A stretch of DNA of 64,000 bases, taken from positions 5,146,001-5,210,000 of the forward strand of contig OX597832.1 of assembly GCA_951406725.2 (NCBI GenBank). Reading direction: 5' to 3'. The notes under the pieces were generated by a model that was given only the letters and a program-made list of their open reading frames with translations, did no database searches and was not told where the DNA came from. Of this stretch, positions 63,758 to 64,000 are shown in pieces. Numbering within the stretch: position 1 is the first letter of the stretch; each line of letters opens with the position of its first letter. A program made the position numbers and the translations under genes. The stretch comes from Octopus vulgaris (taxonomy: Eukaryota).

Positions 63758-64000
63758 TACACAGGTGAACAGAAAAGTTCATAAGCTGACTAGGAAGGAG
63801 TGATGCTACATTAGTGAAATCTTGCATGCATTAATTTCAATTAATTTCAACTCTTCTTATTAATAATTGCATTGTTTCTTTCCATGTAAACTCACATCTG
63901 ACTGTTCAAAGAACACTTAAAAAGTAACTAGTTGTGACTTCACTTGAAAATGGACAAAATTTGGCATCAGTGGTTATTTAAGTAACTGCACAAAAATTGG
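63758..64000 (+). mobile_element. 5' end of a mariner element, running off the window
   Basis: ta-cacaggtgaacagaaaagttcataagctgac TIR-like start; decayed transposase start MDKIWH at 63950. Confidence 0.55.

Overview
AT-rich eukaryotic genomic DNA, dense in microsatellites and transposons. The SINE/MITE families and gene content point to an octopus (coleoid cephalopod); this is inferred. Two host genes converge tail-to-tail. On the minus strand is a Shank/ProSAP postsynaptic scaffold gene: three PDZ exons, a linker exon and a 3.3-kb proline-rich + SAM terminal exon. A 1238-nt candidate alternative first coding exon 20.7 kb upstream splices in frame, giving a predicted 1659-aa isoform without ANK/SH3. 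On the plus strand are the last two coding exons of a RABL2-like small GTPase, whose stop lies 1.5 kb from the Shank stop; this is the same convergent pair as human SHANK3/RABL2B. The rest is decayed hAT, mariner, piggyBac, Merlin, Helitron, RTE, Hero, CR1/Jockey and Penelope elements plus several tRNA-derived SINE families. The most unusual signals are (i) several families of short elements carrying minimal type-I hammerhead-ribozyme motifs, including a tRNA-headed element followed by a hammerhead and flanked by inverted repeats, which looks like a Penelope-mobilised SINE, and (ii) two locus-specific, near-perfect inverted duplications of 161 and 181 bp. Protein family calls rest on remembered motifs, not database searches.
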